A stretch of DNA of 64,000 nt from Phoronis australis (lineage: Eukaryota > Animalia > Phoronida), in NCBI GenBank assembly GCA_002633005.1, contig NMRA01000410.1, positions 24,464 to 88,463 on the forward strand. The letters run 5' to 3'. Both the position numbers and the translations under genes were made by a program. The notes beneath the pieces are model-generated. The model saw only the letters and a list, made by a program, of their open reading frames with translations. It was not told the DNA's origin and did not search any database. Below are positions 48,101 to 63,194 of this stretch, piece by piece (the stretch's first letter is position 1; each line of letters starts with the position of its first letter).

Positions 48101-51100
48101 TCATGGTGAGGCAAATTTGACTGCTCTTACAAAAAATAAAACCACAACTTTTAGAAATGGTTTAGAAGTCCTCATTTTAAACACTACCTGACAGTGGATA
48201 AAACCAATAAAGTTGTTTATAGAGAAATGACAAATTTCTAAATGAAATTTGCCAACCAATTCTGTATTGCTTTTTCAACAAATAACATATTACTTTCAAC
48301 TTTGACATGAACTCTATCCACTGCCAAGCATAACCTTTCAGTGAGTTTCCATTCACTGCCATTTAATGCGCCAATCGCTGAGTTGGGCACTTGCCTGTTC
48401 TTGACCTATGTAATCCTAAATTCCAAGGGAGACAATTATGGTTTGACGACATTAGCAGACTATAGGGTGACAATTTTACCAAATTAAAAAATTCTGAATG
48501 AAAGCCAAGTTTCTTACATTTGTTCTTGTTTTTGACAAAATTTCTGTTGATGGCTGTCCTGATCAAGCTGCAATTGATGCAATATGGCCAACTACATATA
48601 GTTAAAGTTTAAATGACTCAAATTCAAAAGGATTCTAACTCAGGGTCTGAGTTTGAAATGACAGACCTGAGACGAGGTGCATACCCTGGGGCTGGCGAGT
48701 TATTTATTTCAACTAAAATCCTTCATTCAGACCTATTGAATATTGTTTTTTGACTGAAATTTTGAATTATAACTCTACCTGGCGACTACCCACACCAACA
48801 GGTGATGTCAAAATTTCAAAACAATTCACCAAAAAATAACAAATTTAAAGCTTTTCTAGTGAATGCAACCCATGTTCCACCTATTCTCGAAATTTTGATA
48901 TAAAAATTATTAGACTTAACACATGACATATGTTGGTAACATCAAGCTGCCTAATTTACTCAAGTCTGAAGATTTCTCACATTCATACATCCTAATGAAA
49001 TGTGTTCAAAACTGGGATATACAATTGTAAAAAACTTGGCAGTGAAAGATTAAAAACTAATTAGATTTAGCCAATCACATGAGCTCTCGTTCATAACCAC
49101 TGTAGATGTTTACAAGATGCATTAGAGAGGCAGTTAACTGATCAGAGTCCAACCAACATCCCATGTACTTTGTCCTGAGCTCAGTCTAATAGCAGAAACT
49201 GGCAGAATACTTGAGTTTTATTCAGGAGCATAAGAAAACGAAGAAACTGGACTTAGAAAGCGCAGACGTATGGACCATAGGCCATTCATGGTAACTAGTT
49301 GTGCAGCAGATGAAACATCATACAACATACAGAAAGGCGATTACTCGAGAAAGAGAAAACGGGAGAGGCTTTGCACTATGGCAACACAGAAATGAGCATA
49401 TGGTGCTAAATAGCAAGGGATTATACCGTGAAAATCCATGAGATTGAAAAATTACCTAGGAAACGTCAAATACTAAGCAAACTGTTTCATAACTGATGCC
49501 CTTGAAGGAAGAATGTGGATGGTATGATAAGGTGAAGAAGAAAACAAAATGAGAATTCCTGGGAGACTGGATTAAGCCAAACAAAACACCATAATTGGTT
49601 ACGGTCTGTGGATTTTTTGAACCTTAATGCAGTGGTATTTAATCTTTTTACCGGTAGTCATTGCCCACATTTTCAAAAAGTGAATGTGCCTTTTTACCCC
49701 CAGCATCACCTGATGGCAGCTAAAATGAGTTCGGAGCCTTATTTTTTCACAGCACGTCACCTTACGCCTGTTGAAATGGGTCGCGATCCTCTTTTCCTTG
49801 AAAAAGTGGGACATCAGCTGTTTCAAGAGACGGGCACAGGCCAGAACCAATTATGCTGCTTTTTACCTTAGGAACAGAGGCACGCTCAACAGTCAGGTAA
49901 AGAAGTTACTAACTCTGCAAATGAACTTTGTATATATTGAACTTTAGAGGAAAGACAGTTCGCAATTTTTTAATGAATGATTGCCTTTTAGTCCTCCACA
50001 CGTTTAGTTGTTGCGCCTCTTTGCTGCTAAGTTCAACAAAATATTTTGAACGGCACTCAGTACGACTTTCGTAACTCAAGTCAATCTAAAAAGAAAGTAA
50101 AATTTCCTGTTCTGCATGTCATTACTAAGTTGTCATGTCAACAGTATAGACAAATTCTTTCTTATACAGAGCAACACCAGCCTTTGCCTTGAAACAATTA
50201 TGAGGATAACGTAATGAATATGCACTAAAATATTATATATAAAAGCCAATTAGTGTAAAGATAGACAGATATAAGGGGAGTCAGACATCCAAGGATATTG
50301 ACATTAGCACACCAAGCAGTTTTTAGAGGCTGAGGACATATTTCTTTCGGAAATTGATGTTGGCAAGCCCCCCTCTAACACGCTAGATACACTGTGGTGT
50401 TGTGTAACATGAATCCAATATTTAGCTTTTCAACACTGTCAGAGAAACAATTGGGGCTTGACACCGTATCTTGTGCGAGGCACAAATATCATTTGNAATG
50501 ACGCTGATATTTGGCAGTAACAAGTCTTAACATACACTCTATGCGACAGGCTATCGGCAAATTGTGCAGTTATCTCCCCTCGCTTATAAATTCCTGATTA
50601 TAGCCTGCTCTTGTGTATTTCTTATGGAGGGCTGCTGGCAAGATTTAACGCATGCGCAGTAGTGCATGTTACAAATTTCTGGCGTTGCGGAAATTGATGT
50701 TGGCAAGCCCCCCTCTAACACGCTAGATACACTGTGGTGTTGTGTAACATGAATCCAATATTTAGCTTTTCAACACTGTCAGAGAAACAATTGGGGCTTG
50801 ACACCGTATCTTGTGCGAGGCACAAATATCATTTGAAAACCTGCTTAAAGAATAGCCACGCAGGTTTTGAAGAATTGGTATCTACTCATGACCGAAAACA
50901 AAATTTCAGGCCATTCACACCGTGACACGAACTCATACCTTCAGCTTGGCTCTCAGTCTCCATTGTTTCTATTCACTCAGCCATAACATTTTGTAAACTC
51001 CAAATCAAATGTCAAACCTTGTAAAGTTCAGTAAATAATGGTGTTATCTATAACCCAGGACCTATCGCTTCATACATCACAAAAAATAAGCTAATACTAT

Positions 51101-54100
51101 AAAGCACTGAAATCAAAAACCATTTCTTAATTTCGGAATTACAATAAATTATACCAATTTGAATACGTTAAAATTGTGAATGACCTTTAAAGGTTTTAAA
51201 ACAGATGATAGTTACTATCAATTAATTGTGAGCCTGTTTGGAAAAAAATCAGAAAAACAAGAAAACTCAGTGACATGAATAACCTGGTACACCCAATCAT
51301 GTGCCAACAGCCACGGCGTGCTCACATTGATTGGTTAATCGAAGCGGCTATAAACCTGCCTACTGTCACAAAAACTAACTTTTGATTTTCAACCATTTAC
51401 CTTTATGAAATGGGTCTCAAATTGTTCGGTATTCAAATTAGAAGTGATTTTAGAGCTTCTTTAAGTTCTGTCATGGCTCGAGACCAATTGCTCTTCCAAA
51501 GGCAAATAGTCCTTGGCATGACAGGTCATTTATTCTACAATCTCAGAAACCACACAAGGTAAGGAACAAGTTGCCATCAGTTTTATAGCAGGTCAGGTAA
51601 ATGGTATAAATTACTTGTTAGACAGTGCACAGACTCCCTGCCAATGAAACAAATACCTTTTCATGAATTGAAACGAAAGAGTTCAATTTTGGAGTTATAC
51701 CCAACAAAATGGTTCATATCAAAGCCACATGGGACGGAGATTTAGACCAACAGAAGTTCCACTTGCGAAAAGATTACAAGAATAAAATTGTCTTTTTCAT
51801 GAAAGCTCTTGGTTTTTTGTGTCCACTGCCAAAATACGGCTAAGGTATCCTTATGGGATGCCCTTTTTCCCATCAATTTATAAGCTAACTGTCAGTCACA
51901 ACATAACTGTCCTAGACTTGACATGTATGACGAAGGACACAACCCTCCGCTCTCAGGACAACTCAAACTTTTAACAGCAAGATAATCCAACAAAAACGAA
52001 ACCAGTTAATTGACAAAAGTTGTATACCAGAATGTGAAATGTTGGAGATGAACGACCTGGGCAAAAAATACAACAGCAGAAATCCAGCAATGTTAATTCA
52101 ACAGGCATGTTTCATGATAAAATGGTACAATTTTTAAAAAAACAGTATCATCAAAATGTTCAACTGAGGACATCAGGAATAAAGAAAAAACATAAATCCA
52201 GCACAAATTAAACATGTATTGGCATTTGGCAAACTTCAACTTGTCACTGTATTTACAAGTGTCAGCTGAGTCGACAATCACTGGTTCACATTTGCTAACA
52301 AGCCAACTAAATGTCAAACAACAAGGACCTTAGTCATCCCATTCCACAATATTTTACACTAAAGTGCCTACAAAGAGTTCACACTGAGGTTGCAAAATAT
52401 TAATAGATCTGTAATCTGACAAGCCCAGTTAAATCACAATTCAGTTAAACTAAGGGCATTTGTGTTTGCCAGAATTTGCCACAAAAGTACATTGTAAATT
52501 AATGACCAGTCATTCACAACAAGGAGGGCTTTTTGCAAGTAGCAAGGTGTTTTGCAGCATGTCAATTAAAGGGGTATTATCATTTTATGGTCGGAAAAAT
52601 CCATTTTGCTATTATTGTTGGATGAGTTATTAGCTTTGACTAGAGCTATAAAATAACACAGTTCTTTGTGTTTTTGTGACTTTAGTACAAATCACCAACT
52701 CTAGCCCTTGTTAGCCAGACATTCGATGAACTTCCAGGCTAGTGCTTTTATCACATACTCTATTACTAAACACCTAGGGTTTGGCTCAGCAGCCGGCAGG
52801 AAGGGAATACGGCTGCTATTGCAGAGCTAGAGGGCTTGATTCCATGTAACTACATGCTACTTTCTGTAAAATTACTTTGCTCACTCACTTCCATCACAAA
52901 AATAGACAGAGAAGTCCTGTCTACAGCACAGCCATAATCATATCAGAACAGGAGAACTGATGATCATTTGCACAAAACATATGCACTGGAACTTTATAAG
53001 GTTGATCACATAAGCCCCACAGGCTGAAAATAGTTAAAAAGGAGGTAAGCCCACTTGAGTCTAATAAAACGCTAGTAATATGTATATGCATGGTCCAATG
53101 GTTTAAAACATGAACATGGTACATCTAGGTACAATTGTACCTACATCTAACTTATAAAAATTCCCTTAGGATGGGAAAGTTATGTTTTATGACAAGGTAA
53201 ATATCAAGGTATTCTTCTTGTGAGTTAAGCCAGTGCTTTAATGGGGGCTATAAATCTGCAGTCAGGAAATAAACCACTTGGGAGCCAGCTTTCTGGACAT
53301 GGTTAATTACAGACATGAGTAAACATCACATGACTGAGCCCAGCTGATGACCTACTTAAAACAGCTGACACAGGCCAAACAAATGAGCCTGAAGGAAAGC
53401 TAACAAACAGGGGGATGCCTCTGCAAAAACATTGCCAGTCTTGCATCTGTTATAATGATACAGATTTCCAGAAACTTTGGCAGTTTGCAAATGCTGCAAA
53501 TCATAACATCTGTGGAGCGCTCTGATTTCAACTGCTTGGCTTATTTTATTTGCAAGGGGTTGATAAACAAGGTGTTCTTGGAAATCAAGTGAACCCAGGG
53601 TTGACAACAGTCCTAAGTTGGAAAACAACCTATGAAGTATTAGATAATAAGGGAAGTGGTTTGGATGTAATGATATGCAGAAACATATAGCCAAAGGCAT
53701 GTCAACAACACATTCAAATTTTGCAGTGTTTAGTTGTGCAAATTAAAGATTTTATCACATGACCGGGTTGGTCCAAACACATGTGTGATATAGGGGTGAG
53801 AGGTGAGAAGAAAGTCAAGTCGGGTTAATAGAATTTCATTGAGTCATAAGACATGCAAATGCAATAACCCTGCGGAATGATATCTGCAAAAAGATAACAA
53901 ACACATGGAAAATAGCTCCTCTGATAAAAAAGGTCATGGAAAATTGATGGACAGCGAGAGGATTTGCTCCGTCAGCCAGAATGTTTTTACACAATTATCA
54001 TATTACATGTAAATGAGTATGTAAGTATTTCAAATAAATTTCAAGATAAAAAACTAAACTATTGTTATCAGCTGACTGCATGTCATCAGCTGTCAAAGCA

Positions 54101-55597
54101 GGGGTTCAACTGTGAGTCAACCATATCACATTTCAACATATTGACCTAAATAAAACAGCTGACTAGTGATAATCAAAGGATGTACTGAACTCAGTGAAGG
54201 GGAAATTTATGGCTGGTTTTCCCCATTTTTAACTGGAATCAGGGCTGTAGGTATTTTGCAGTTTTGAAAAGGGCCAAAGCATTGATGGAATCAAACAACA
54301 AATTTGTAAGGTAATTGTAATAAGAATAAATCATTTTTAACAGCCTTTCACTTATATTTTATTGATTTATAAATCTCATTTATTTGACTGTATGTATTCC
54401 ATCATTATTTTAAGAAAACAGAGTACCAGTTGTACAGTCTAACTTTGAAATTTTGCCTGGAAAGTCATAATACTATAACAGTTGTCTAGCTATTAAAACA
54501 TATCATTAATTTGGAAGGATGAAAACACAAAAATATGCAAAATTATATACTTTGCATAAATCAGCTTTCATTTATCTTCAGAAAAATATCTTGTCTGGGA
54601 ACGGTTCAGTAGGTGACACTGTTGTCATCAAAGTAATCGCAAGGTAGTGCTGATGCATCGTGTGCATGTTAAGATTTTTTTAATGTGACAATTTGGAAAC
54701 ATTGACATGTGCTAATTGACATAAAACCTATTTCTAATTCCATAAGTGACACTGCCCTTTAATTGTTGACGATAACACTGGCCCTGGCGATAACTTCGAT
54801 GGGGCTGAAGTTAACCATTCATAGCGCACCCCAGCATCGATGCTCCACTGTTAAATCCACCAGTTTACTGCGAGGTTAACTGGCACTGGACCGAAGTTAA
54901 CCGTCCATACTGACCGTAACTCCCCAAAACATTGACGGGTCGATGTTAGTATGAAAGGGCCTTAATAGATCAGAACATGACGGATTGGAGCCTCAAGACT
55001 TCTGATGTGGTGACTTACGACTTTCCTGGAGCTCTGGGAGTAAAAATACAGAATTCCTATAGAAATGTAAAGGGTAGAACTGAAGAATTTAATTATCTAT
55101 TGATTGGAAAGATTTTAATATCCTAAATAAATTGGTTGATAAAACTCAACAAAATTAAATTTCATCAATGAAAAATGGTAATAATTTATATTGGGACGCC
55201 ACTCATCTTTCTTTTCGTATGCATGAAATTCACAATGAAATACTAAAGTCGTTTGATTTTATCATTGTAATGGTGAGATTACAACTGTAAGTATATGAGT
55301 ACCATACAAGACAGAAAATATTGCATAAGCAATGAAGCAAGAAGAAAAACATGACTAACGTCATCACATAATTCTAAAATAAGGTAAAGGAGTAATATAA
55401 CCATTTTAGAATTATGAGGAGTATCATAATCATTTTACAATAACGTGATATTCAAAAATATTTGAAATTTCATTGATTGGCCCCATCACTTGATTCCAAA
55501 ATAATTATGATACTCTTAAATATTTTAAATTCTATTAATAACTCTTTTATTCTAATGATTTACCAACGAAGGGCTGCATTCCCCTTGGTTGTATATG

Positions 55598-55615
55598 TGA
55601 CCACCAGGTGGCACT
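55598..55615 (+). promoter_or_regulatory. Isolated CTCF core motif
   Basis: TGACCACCAGGTGGCACT fits CCASYAGRKGGCRS in AT-rich, apparently non-repetitive context. Binding is not shown. Confidence 0.55.
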
Positions 55616-57788
55616 ACATTACAATGAGAAATGTGGAAACAAGGTCCTTGACAATAGATGGGGGGATCAATGAACATGTTTATTTACACATCCTCTGCTA
55701 TATCAACATAAGCCAGAGGATAGTTGGTTGAATAACAGGGTTACAACAATAACAATCAATAGACCCTCATGGTAGGTAAGTCCTGGATAAAATTGAATTT
55801 GTAAACAAGCACCAGGCTTCAAACATATTTTGTGAATGCAATTGCTTCAAACATAGCAGGGATGAAATTAGGTAATAAAAGTAATTCTTCATCTATTTAG
55901 CACACAATATGGCATACATCTGAAATTTTATTTTTGCAAATTTGAAATTCAGTCTTGGTAAAAATTAAGATTATCGTAAAAGTATTTTAGTCTATTGTGT
56001 CCTTTAATTGGTTTGTACCACATAGATACATTCCATCATTTAAAACAATGTACCGGTAATCAAACTTTCAAAAACTGAAAATGACAATTTGGGAAATTCT
56101 TTTGGCAATTGATTTTATACAAAGCAAATGAAGAATTACCAGAAAACAAGTCTTCTAAATTCCCTTCATCATAATTATGTTTTGCTGATGCAATACTTAA
56201 AGCAAAAATTACTCAATTAACAGTTTGAACTTCAGCTGAACAGAAGCAAGGAAGCCACATATTACCAGCCACCAACAAAGAGAAATGTTTACTGAATAGG
56301 CTGCAGACAGTACTGTCTGCTGAATAAGTAAACTGACTTATCATGGAAATATTACCTGGAGATAACAGAACAGGACAACTTGATATTCTCACATAGAGCA
56401 CAAGCCCTCACAGAACATGAGCTCTTGTGTAGTATTCGGGGTGCACAGGATTCTCTGAAAATGTTAAGTCTTGGCCAATAATTTTTGAGAGGTAAAACCC
56501 AGATATTACAACTGCTCTACTCTGATTCAGTGACTCAACAACAAAAAAACAAAATTAACCTATTTTCAAGTTTTCAGTAATGAAGTTTGCAAAACTATTG
56601 TAGATTTACACTGAAAAACATAACTTGGGTGTCTGTCAAATATTACGGCAATTCTCCACTTATTTTGCACAAAATCAATTGAAGATATTTTCTTGATACT
56701 TGGGGTGTGCTAGATAAACTGAACATACAGACTTTGCAGTTGACAGGCGACTCTGAAATTAACTGACTAACCAAGCAAGATTCGCCAAGCCCACTACCCG
56801 GGCCATGTGTGTGACTTAAGCAAAATGTGGCCTAAGGGTTGTCAATGTGTTCAAATTACAAATTAAGAGAATTAAGTTACTTAATACATATAAAATTACT
56901 TTTTCCCACTTTGGTGAACATGACTCTGCGCCACAAGAAACTGTCAGGTCACCATTTGCACCTCATGTTTACAAGAGCATGAGATATCCCACACCAATGA
57001 ATTATTTAAGTAGTGAATTAATTCACGTTAAGATAAACACCCTTGCAGAGGTGGGCATAACTAGAATTAATGGCAGGGTTTTTGAGTTGATATTTTCTGA
57101 CGCGAAAAACTGACCCTTTTTTTAATAAGGCAAGAAATGCTTACCACAGCTCCATGCCAAACAAGTAAGGACACAAAATATTATTTTTTTCAAATAATTT
57201 CGGGTATGTGAAATGTGGTATGTTAAATATGAGAATTACCCCTTACTATGTTGCCCACAAATGTTTTACTATTTTCCCAAAACATGGGCCTGCACCAAGG
57301 GCCCATTGCGCAAAAGTTAATTTTGGAAGGTAAGGCCTAGATGTTACAGTATAACTCACACCTAAGTCTGCATGTCAAATATTACTTGTGTAACTTATGT
57401 AGCCTTCTGCTTTCTTTTCTTGAATAGGTGTAATGACTGGATTCAAAGACAAGAGAAGACTGACAAGGCCACAACACTAAGCATTTCCAACAGGCAGGCT
57501 CCTTTACCAAAACCATCACGTACCAAACTAGAACTTTAAAGACGAGTTCACATGAAAAAAGCTTTGAAGAAAAAAGCTCAATTTCAATCCGCCAAAATTT
57601 CCGCAATCCGCGAGCGTTCATGAGACTCTCATCAATTCCGCAATTTTTATCTTACCCTAGTGACCAAATTCAAAACTACTGCTTTCCTGTATCTGGAAAT
57701 AACTCCTGGATGAAGCCTTTGAACACTGAGCATCTACCTTACAGAGCCTTTGATTAGGACTGTAATCGAAAAACGAAATTCATCCAGG

Positions 57789-58146
57789 CCCCGGAGGTGT
57801 CACGCAAATTGACAAGGCGATCGCATGTGTGTACCAAAAATTGTGGGGAGGTGGTACTTTTTCAGCAAGTTTTGCAGAAACCACGCGGGGTCTTAATAGG
57901 CCCCTAAATTTTAATTTCAACCCTGCAAGAGGACCTCTGCATTAATTGGCCTCAGCACCGAAGTACCTACCCCCACGAAAGGGGTTGGGAATTAGCAGAC
58001 TTGGCACCGCAATAGGGGTCCCTCAACAATTTTGGGTACACGCATGTGGTATACGTACGTCTCGAAATGACCCCCTCCCACGTGATCCAGTCCCGGCATC
58101 CAGTACATGCATCCACTCAGCGAGCCACCTTGTGAGTACCCCCGGG
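57789..58146. mobile_element. GC-rich MITE-like element with CCCGG...CCGGG ends
   Basis: ccccggaggtgtcac ... gtgagtacccccggg, sitting in a GC-rich patch within AT-rich DNA. Confidence 0.45.
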
Positions 58147-61100
58147 CATGCCCGAGGCGATCACAAGCGAAACAAATGGGACCATGAGCAATCCACAGCA
58201 ACCAAAAATACCAATGCAAGGAAAACAACAAGCCGTTGTCAGTTGGCATCCACTATGGCTTCCCGCCACAAGCCAATGAGTAACTGAGTCTCTGCATCAC
58301 ACCACATTTTTAGACAAACCAAATTTTTATAGCAAGACAACCGAGATTTCAAGACTTTTTGGTAATAAAGCAACAATTCTCGTACCATGCGCAGTGCGAT
58401 AATCGTGTAGTCAACCTTCTGGTTTGTGTTTAGTATGCGACGAGTAATTAATCATCACTGATCAAGCTTATGTAAACAACAATCCCAGTGTTCCGCAACA
58501 AATTCCACAAAATTTGGGAAATTGGGATTGTGGTATTCTTGCATTAGGTGCGACAGTTTTTTCCGTAATTACCAATTCCACAAAATATTGCAAAAAAGTT
58601 TTGCAAAAAAGAGTCGCACTCAAAAGTTCAAATACTATTTTTTTCTAGGAGATAAAACATTCAGCTCAGTTGGGTCTAACACACCCTCCCTCTTAGGTAA
58701 TCTTCCTACCAATAAACACATGTCAGACCTATATTTGATTAGCAGTGATAAGCCCTAGTTGAACAAATAAAGCAACCAGGACAACAAGTTATTGGAGTAA
58801 AATGCAGGATGGAGATCAGTTTAGTAACTGGCTGTTTATGGCCACTTCAGATAGAAACTCCACCTATTGATAGCAACAGTGTTTTGTTGACCAGTTTCAC
58901 TTATCATGGGAGTTACTTACAGGGATCCCCGTATTTTGAGAACCAGTTTGATGCCAGTTATTCAGTGGATAAAACTGGTTCTCAGAATTTGTGGACCACT
59001 AATCACGCAGGCTTAAAGCAGCACTAGTTTACATTCACCAATTCTTCAGCTGTTCAGCATGGAGCATGACTGAAACTAAGAAGGTCATTTATTTCTTAAA
59101 TTTTCACTAAAAATAAAGAGCAAGAAAATTAGAGTCCCTTGAATTGCTGGTTTGGTTTCCAACAATACTGAGTTCATAAAATGACACGACAACTGTCTGT
59201 ACTACCAGCAGCAAGGGAATGTGCCTTTCAACAACAGAAAATGATATTTCTGAGTAACAGAACTATTTTAGTAGGACGTAAGTGAAGAAACATGATAAGC
59301 TTCAGGAAGACTTGACAGGACATGAGCTACAAAACAGTCAAATTTAAAACCAAAAGTTATTTCTGGTAAAACACCGCTACCAACAGGAATTCACTAGACC
59401 CTAAGACACAAGCCATGCATTTGAGGCAAGAAATCTTCGCTCATTAGACACAGTGGCACTTCTTGGCGACTGGTTGGGAATCTTGGATCAGTAACCAAAA
59501 AAGTGACGATTGGGAGGGTGCAAAATTGTCATCTCAGGTATGGGCTTGCTTCACTTACTGTTTACGTTGGTCTTGAAGTTTGATAATATTTCGTACTTAG
59601 ACTTGGCCTTTAGATCCTCCTGTGAAATTTAAAGGGTAGTTTCACATGTTCATAACCTATACTACAGTACCACAAATGGTCTACGTAGCTCTACCACTAC
59701 AAACGACACCCAGCATGCCTATTTAGCACATCGCCAACATTGTCCCTCTGCAAATTGTGGTTGCACCCGTCAGCCTGTGATTGTGGTTGTACCCGCCTGT
59801 GCGCCACATGACATTTTACAAGTATGTCAATATGGAGATACAAGTTCCTGGTGTTGGAATGAGGTCACCTGCAGACTGTGAAGCATACTGAAACCCACAT
59901 AGTTTATTTTTATCAGTTACAGGGCATTATCATAAAGGGAGATATGAATTGGGTCGTGTCTTACATATTCCACAAATTATGACAGGTCCCTGGATACTAT
60001 TTTCAAGCATTTATGACAAACAGTGTTAGTCATTTTCACCAACCATACAGAATCAGACTAAATACCAACCTTTATCAGATGAAGATCTGGAGACTAAGAA
60101 TCCAAAACCAGGCCTTATTCTTTCTCAAATGAAAAGTGACATGGTAATTGATGTATGATCAACATATTACAACATTTTAAACACTTAAATTCATATATGC
60201 ACTACGACATACTGTCAAAACAGATCACATAAGGCTTAGACTAGACTTCCAAAACTTATCCTACATATGAAAAGATGCAGTAAAATATCATGTATTATGA
60301 AAGACCACTGATACTTCTGTCCTCTGATTGACTAAAACGCACAACAATTACTTCCGATATATTAGTGAGAACTAAACAAGATGGGAAAAAACATCACTTT
60401 TCATTCATGGCGCCCAGTCGGGTGACGAATGTTACGTATTCGAGATCTGACCAATCAGGCAGCTGCAGAAAACACAAACCCTGACTACAAAGCAAGTAGA
60501 TTAATCAGCATATCTGTTACAGCAGGTAAAAACGTACTAATCTAATGAAAACAAAAAACAGGTGAAAGAAGCATCAGTGATCCTGTAAAAAGCAAACACA
60601 GACCGGGCATATAAGGTCATATGGACGTTGGGAGAACAAAATTGCTCTCCCATCAGTCCACATAACCTGCTGTCACCTCGGAAATGGTTCGTATTTGTAT
60701 AATATTGTAAGTGTTCTGAGAAAAAACTCTTGCAGAAAATTCGCCCATTGATCAATATAAATATATATATATATGTCATCACGCATAGCTATAAACATAA
60801 TATTAAGTAAATACATTCAACCTGCAGAGACATACAGGTGTGGTGCTCCCAGAGACTAGACTGTCAGGGGACTCAAGTTTACTTATTTGACAACCATGAC
60901 TTGAACTTAATTTTTACATGTCGGCCTCAGGGGTGCGAAGGAAGGTCATCCCCTGACATTTTTATACCCTCGGAACGCTCCATCTCAAAAAAAATTCCAT
61001 TGTCAATGTTATTAAATTTAAATTCCTACAACATTTCACATTCTGCTAGTGCTAAGTAACAGTATTAATACAGTCTTTGATTCATCATGTCCCACTGATT

Positions 61101-62172
61101 TTTTCTAGAACTACACCACTTGTTGGCCTTAAGTTCTTATACAGTCATATCAAATGAAAAACTGTTGAGAGACTGACAACAAAGCTGTGTCACCGAATTT
61201 TAGAAATCTTAAATCAATTACGACGGAAACTGTGCACATAAATCATGACCAATGTCCATCATAGACCATCGAAGAAACTAACATTTGATTTTTAGTCCAC
61301 TTTCTACTATAAAATTGGTCTCAACTTGTTTCATAATCTTTGGAAATGATTTTAGGTCTTGCAAAGAACTGATGATTTGTTTTTGCTGGAGACCATGCTC
61401 GGTGAATAAAATGATCTCAAGTATCTTAGCAAAAACAATCACTTTCACTTCTTTCCAAGCCTAGAAATTCCATCTGTTTTGACTAAAGAACAATTTGTGT
61501 CCAATTTCAGTACATCTAGTGAGAGGCCTAAACCTAAGTAAAAAGTTGTGTTTGAGAAATGAGGAGCAAGTTATAGCCATTTTAAGTCTCAAGTCTATAA
61601 ACAGTGTCAGTAACATGCCCCACACTTCTCTGCCATTAGACCAGTAGTTCCCACACATAGTCAAGTAAAGGCAAGTAAAAATACGGTATTTATTTTACAT
61701 CAGTGTAAAACAATTCAACAGTAAAAAAGTAGCACAGGCACAAATGACTGATATAAGAAGTGGACTATGCACAGTTTTGTAAGCAAAAGTTTCCAAGAAA
61801 TTTTGCTATGTTCTACCTTCATTGCTTTTACGAAACACACCTGGATTATAAAAGAATCATCCTCCGTTTTCTATTCATATGACATATTCTCACAGTATAT
61901 TCATCATCCAAAGTTGGCCATGACACCACTCCACAACAGGCAATCCTATTTTAGCAAATGTTGTTTGTATGCGTGAATTGACCCCCTGCTGTGTGCACAT
62001 TAGTTCCATTCAATTCTGAGACATTCAGCAGTTCTGCAACTAAAGTTGTGTCTGCAAAATTTGCAACAAGAAATCAAAAATGCATTAGGCATGCACCTGT
62101 ATGGCAAATACTAGATGAATTGGAACACAACACTGTACTTCATTGGGCATTGCAATAACTAGACAATCTTAC

Positions 62173-62760
62173 CTTGTAGTTCAAAATTTAGACTAAATTG
62201 CCTACCATGAGGTTTGTACCTGAGGCCCCGTGTCTTATAAATTATGTAGAGGGGTCAACTATAGTCTGCCCATCTGCGCCTACTATTCAGGCTTATGTTA
62301 GGGGTTTCTCCTGGACTGGCTATAGTGAATGCACCTGTTCCGCGGCGAACACCCTGCCGAAGCGCGACAGAGCAAAATTCCAAACGTATATATTGGTGTT
62401 TGGCAGCAGGCTGTCACTTGTGTCAGCCAGCAAGCGGATTAGTTCAGCAAGGCTATCAATATGTAGGCTACAGTCGTACGTTGGGCCTACACGTGTTGCT
62501 TTACGTTACTGACAACATGACACTTCAACTGAAATCGCAATATTTACCGTCATTCACTTTTACGTCTGTCATAATCTTCACAGTTTCTAATGATGTGAAT
62601 ATGGCAAATTCTGCACTGAAAAGAGGGCTTTCCCGGGAATTCCTCGGGTCAAACTTCAACTATCGCTTGCTGTGGACTTCTACCTCGGCCTCACCAGGGG
62701 GGCGTTGCGCCACTTGTAATCTGAGTCACGTGGTGAAGTCATGTGTCGTCGAAGAGTGTG
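62173..62760 (-). promoter_or_regulatory. CpG-rich patch ending in a strong splice donor; candidate distal HNF4 promoter and first exon
   Basis: AAG|GTAAGA on - at 62173/62172; locally CpG-rich; E-box CACGTG near 62727. No transcript evidence. Confidence 0.4.
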
Positions 62761-62899
62761 CCGAGAAAACAAAAAGTTGTAACGTATCTGAGACCACTAG
62801 TTCCACGTTTGAACTTGCGCAAAAAATACGTTTCCTTCCCTTCCAACTCGTAACTGAAGGTGCAATTTAATTATGGGCAACTCAATACATTCTATTTTA

Positions 62900-63146
62900 C
62901 ATGCGCGCACCCAGCCGGGGGGAGGCTCGGGAGGCTCGAACTAGCCCCCAATTTGGCGAAGTGGGCAAAAAGGTCCGCCTCTGAGAAACAAAAAGTCCGA
63001 GAAGTCCACTGAAGAGGCACAGACGCACAGTGAAGGTGGTACTCCGTTTTTTTTAGTCCTCCCGCTATTTTCAGTACTGTCGGCAAAAGGTCCCGACATC
63101 GCCACAAATTGGAGCCCCCCATGATTAAAGGCTGGGTGCGCGCATG
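62900..63146. mobile_element. MITE with perfect 17-bp TIRs and 5-bp flanking duplication TTTTA
   Basis: tttta|CATGCGCGCACCCAGCC ... GGCTGGGTGCGCGCATG|tttta. Confidence 0.88.
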
Positions 63147-63194
63147 TTTTATAAATCAGTGACAAAATAATTGTTTTCGTTTGCAATACCCATA

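Noticed and set aside
50348-50835. Perfect 148-bp direct repeat (50348-50495 and 50688-50835) as LTRs
   Set aside because: The first copy ends exactly at a single N (50496), a contig join; most likely an unmerged overlap or haplotype artefact. There are no TG..CA ends or PBS.
22000-62100. Numerous 60-140-aa ORFs in the track
   Set aside because: None shows a recognisable domain, transposase or reverse transcriptase motif, or a consistent exon chain; they are treated as chance ORFs.
62692-62706. CACCAGGGGGGCGTT as a CTCF site
   Set aside because: It has one G too many for the core register, so the match is weak.
62295-62870. 191-aa + strand ORF
   Set aside because: No recognisable domain, non-ATG start in the track, and it lies in a GC-rich patch where stops are rarer.
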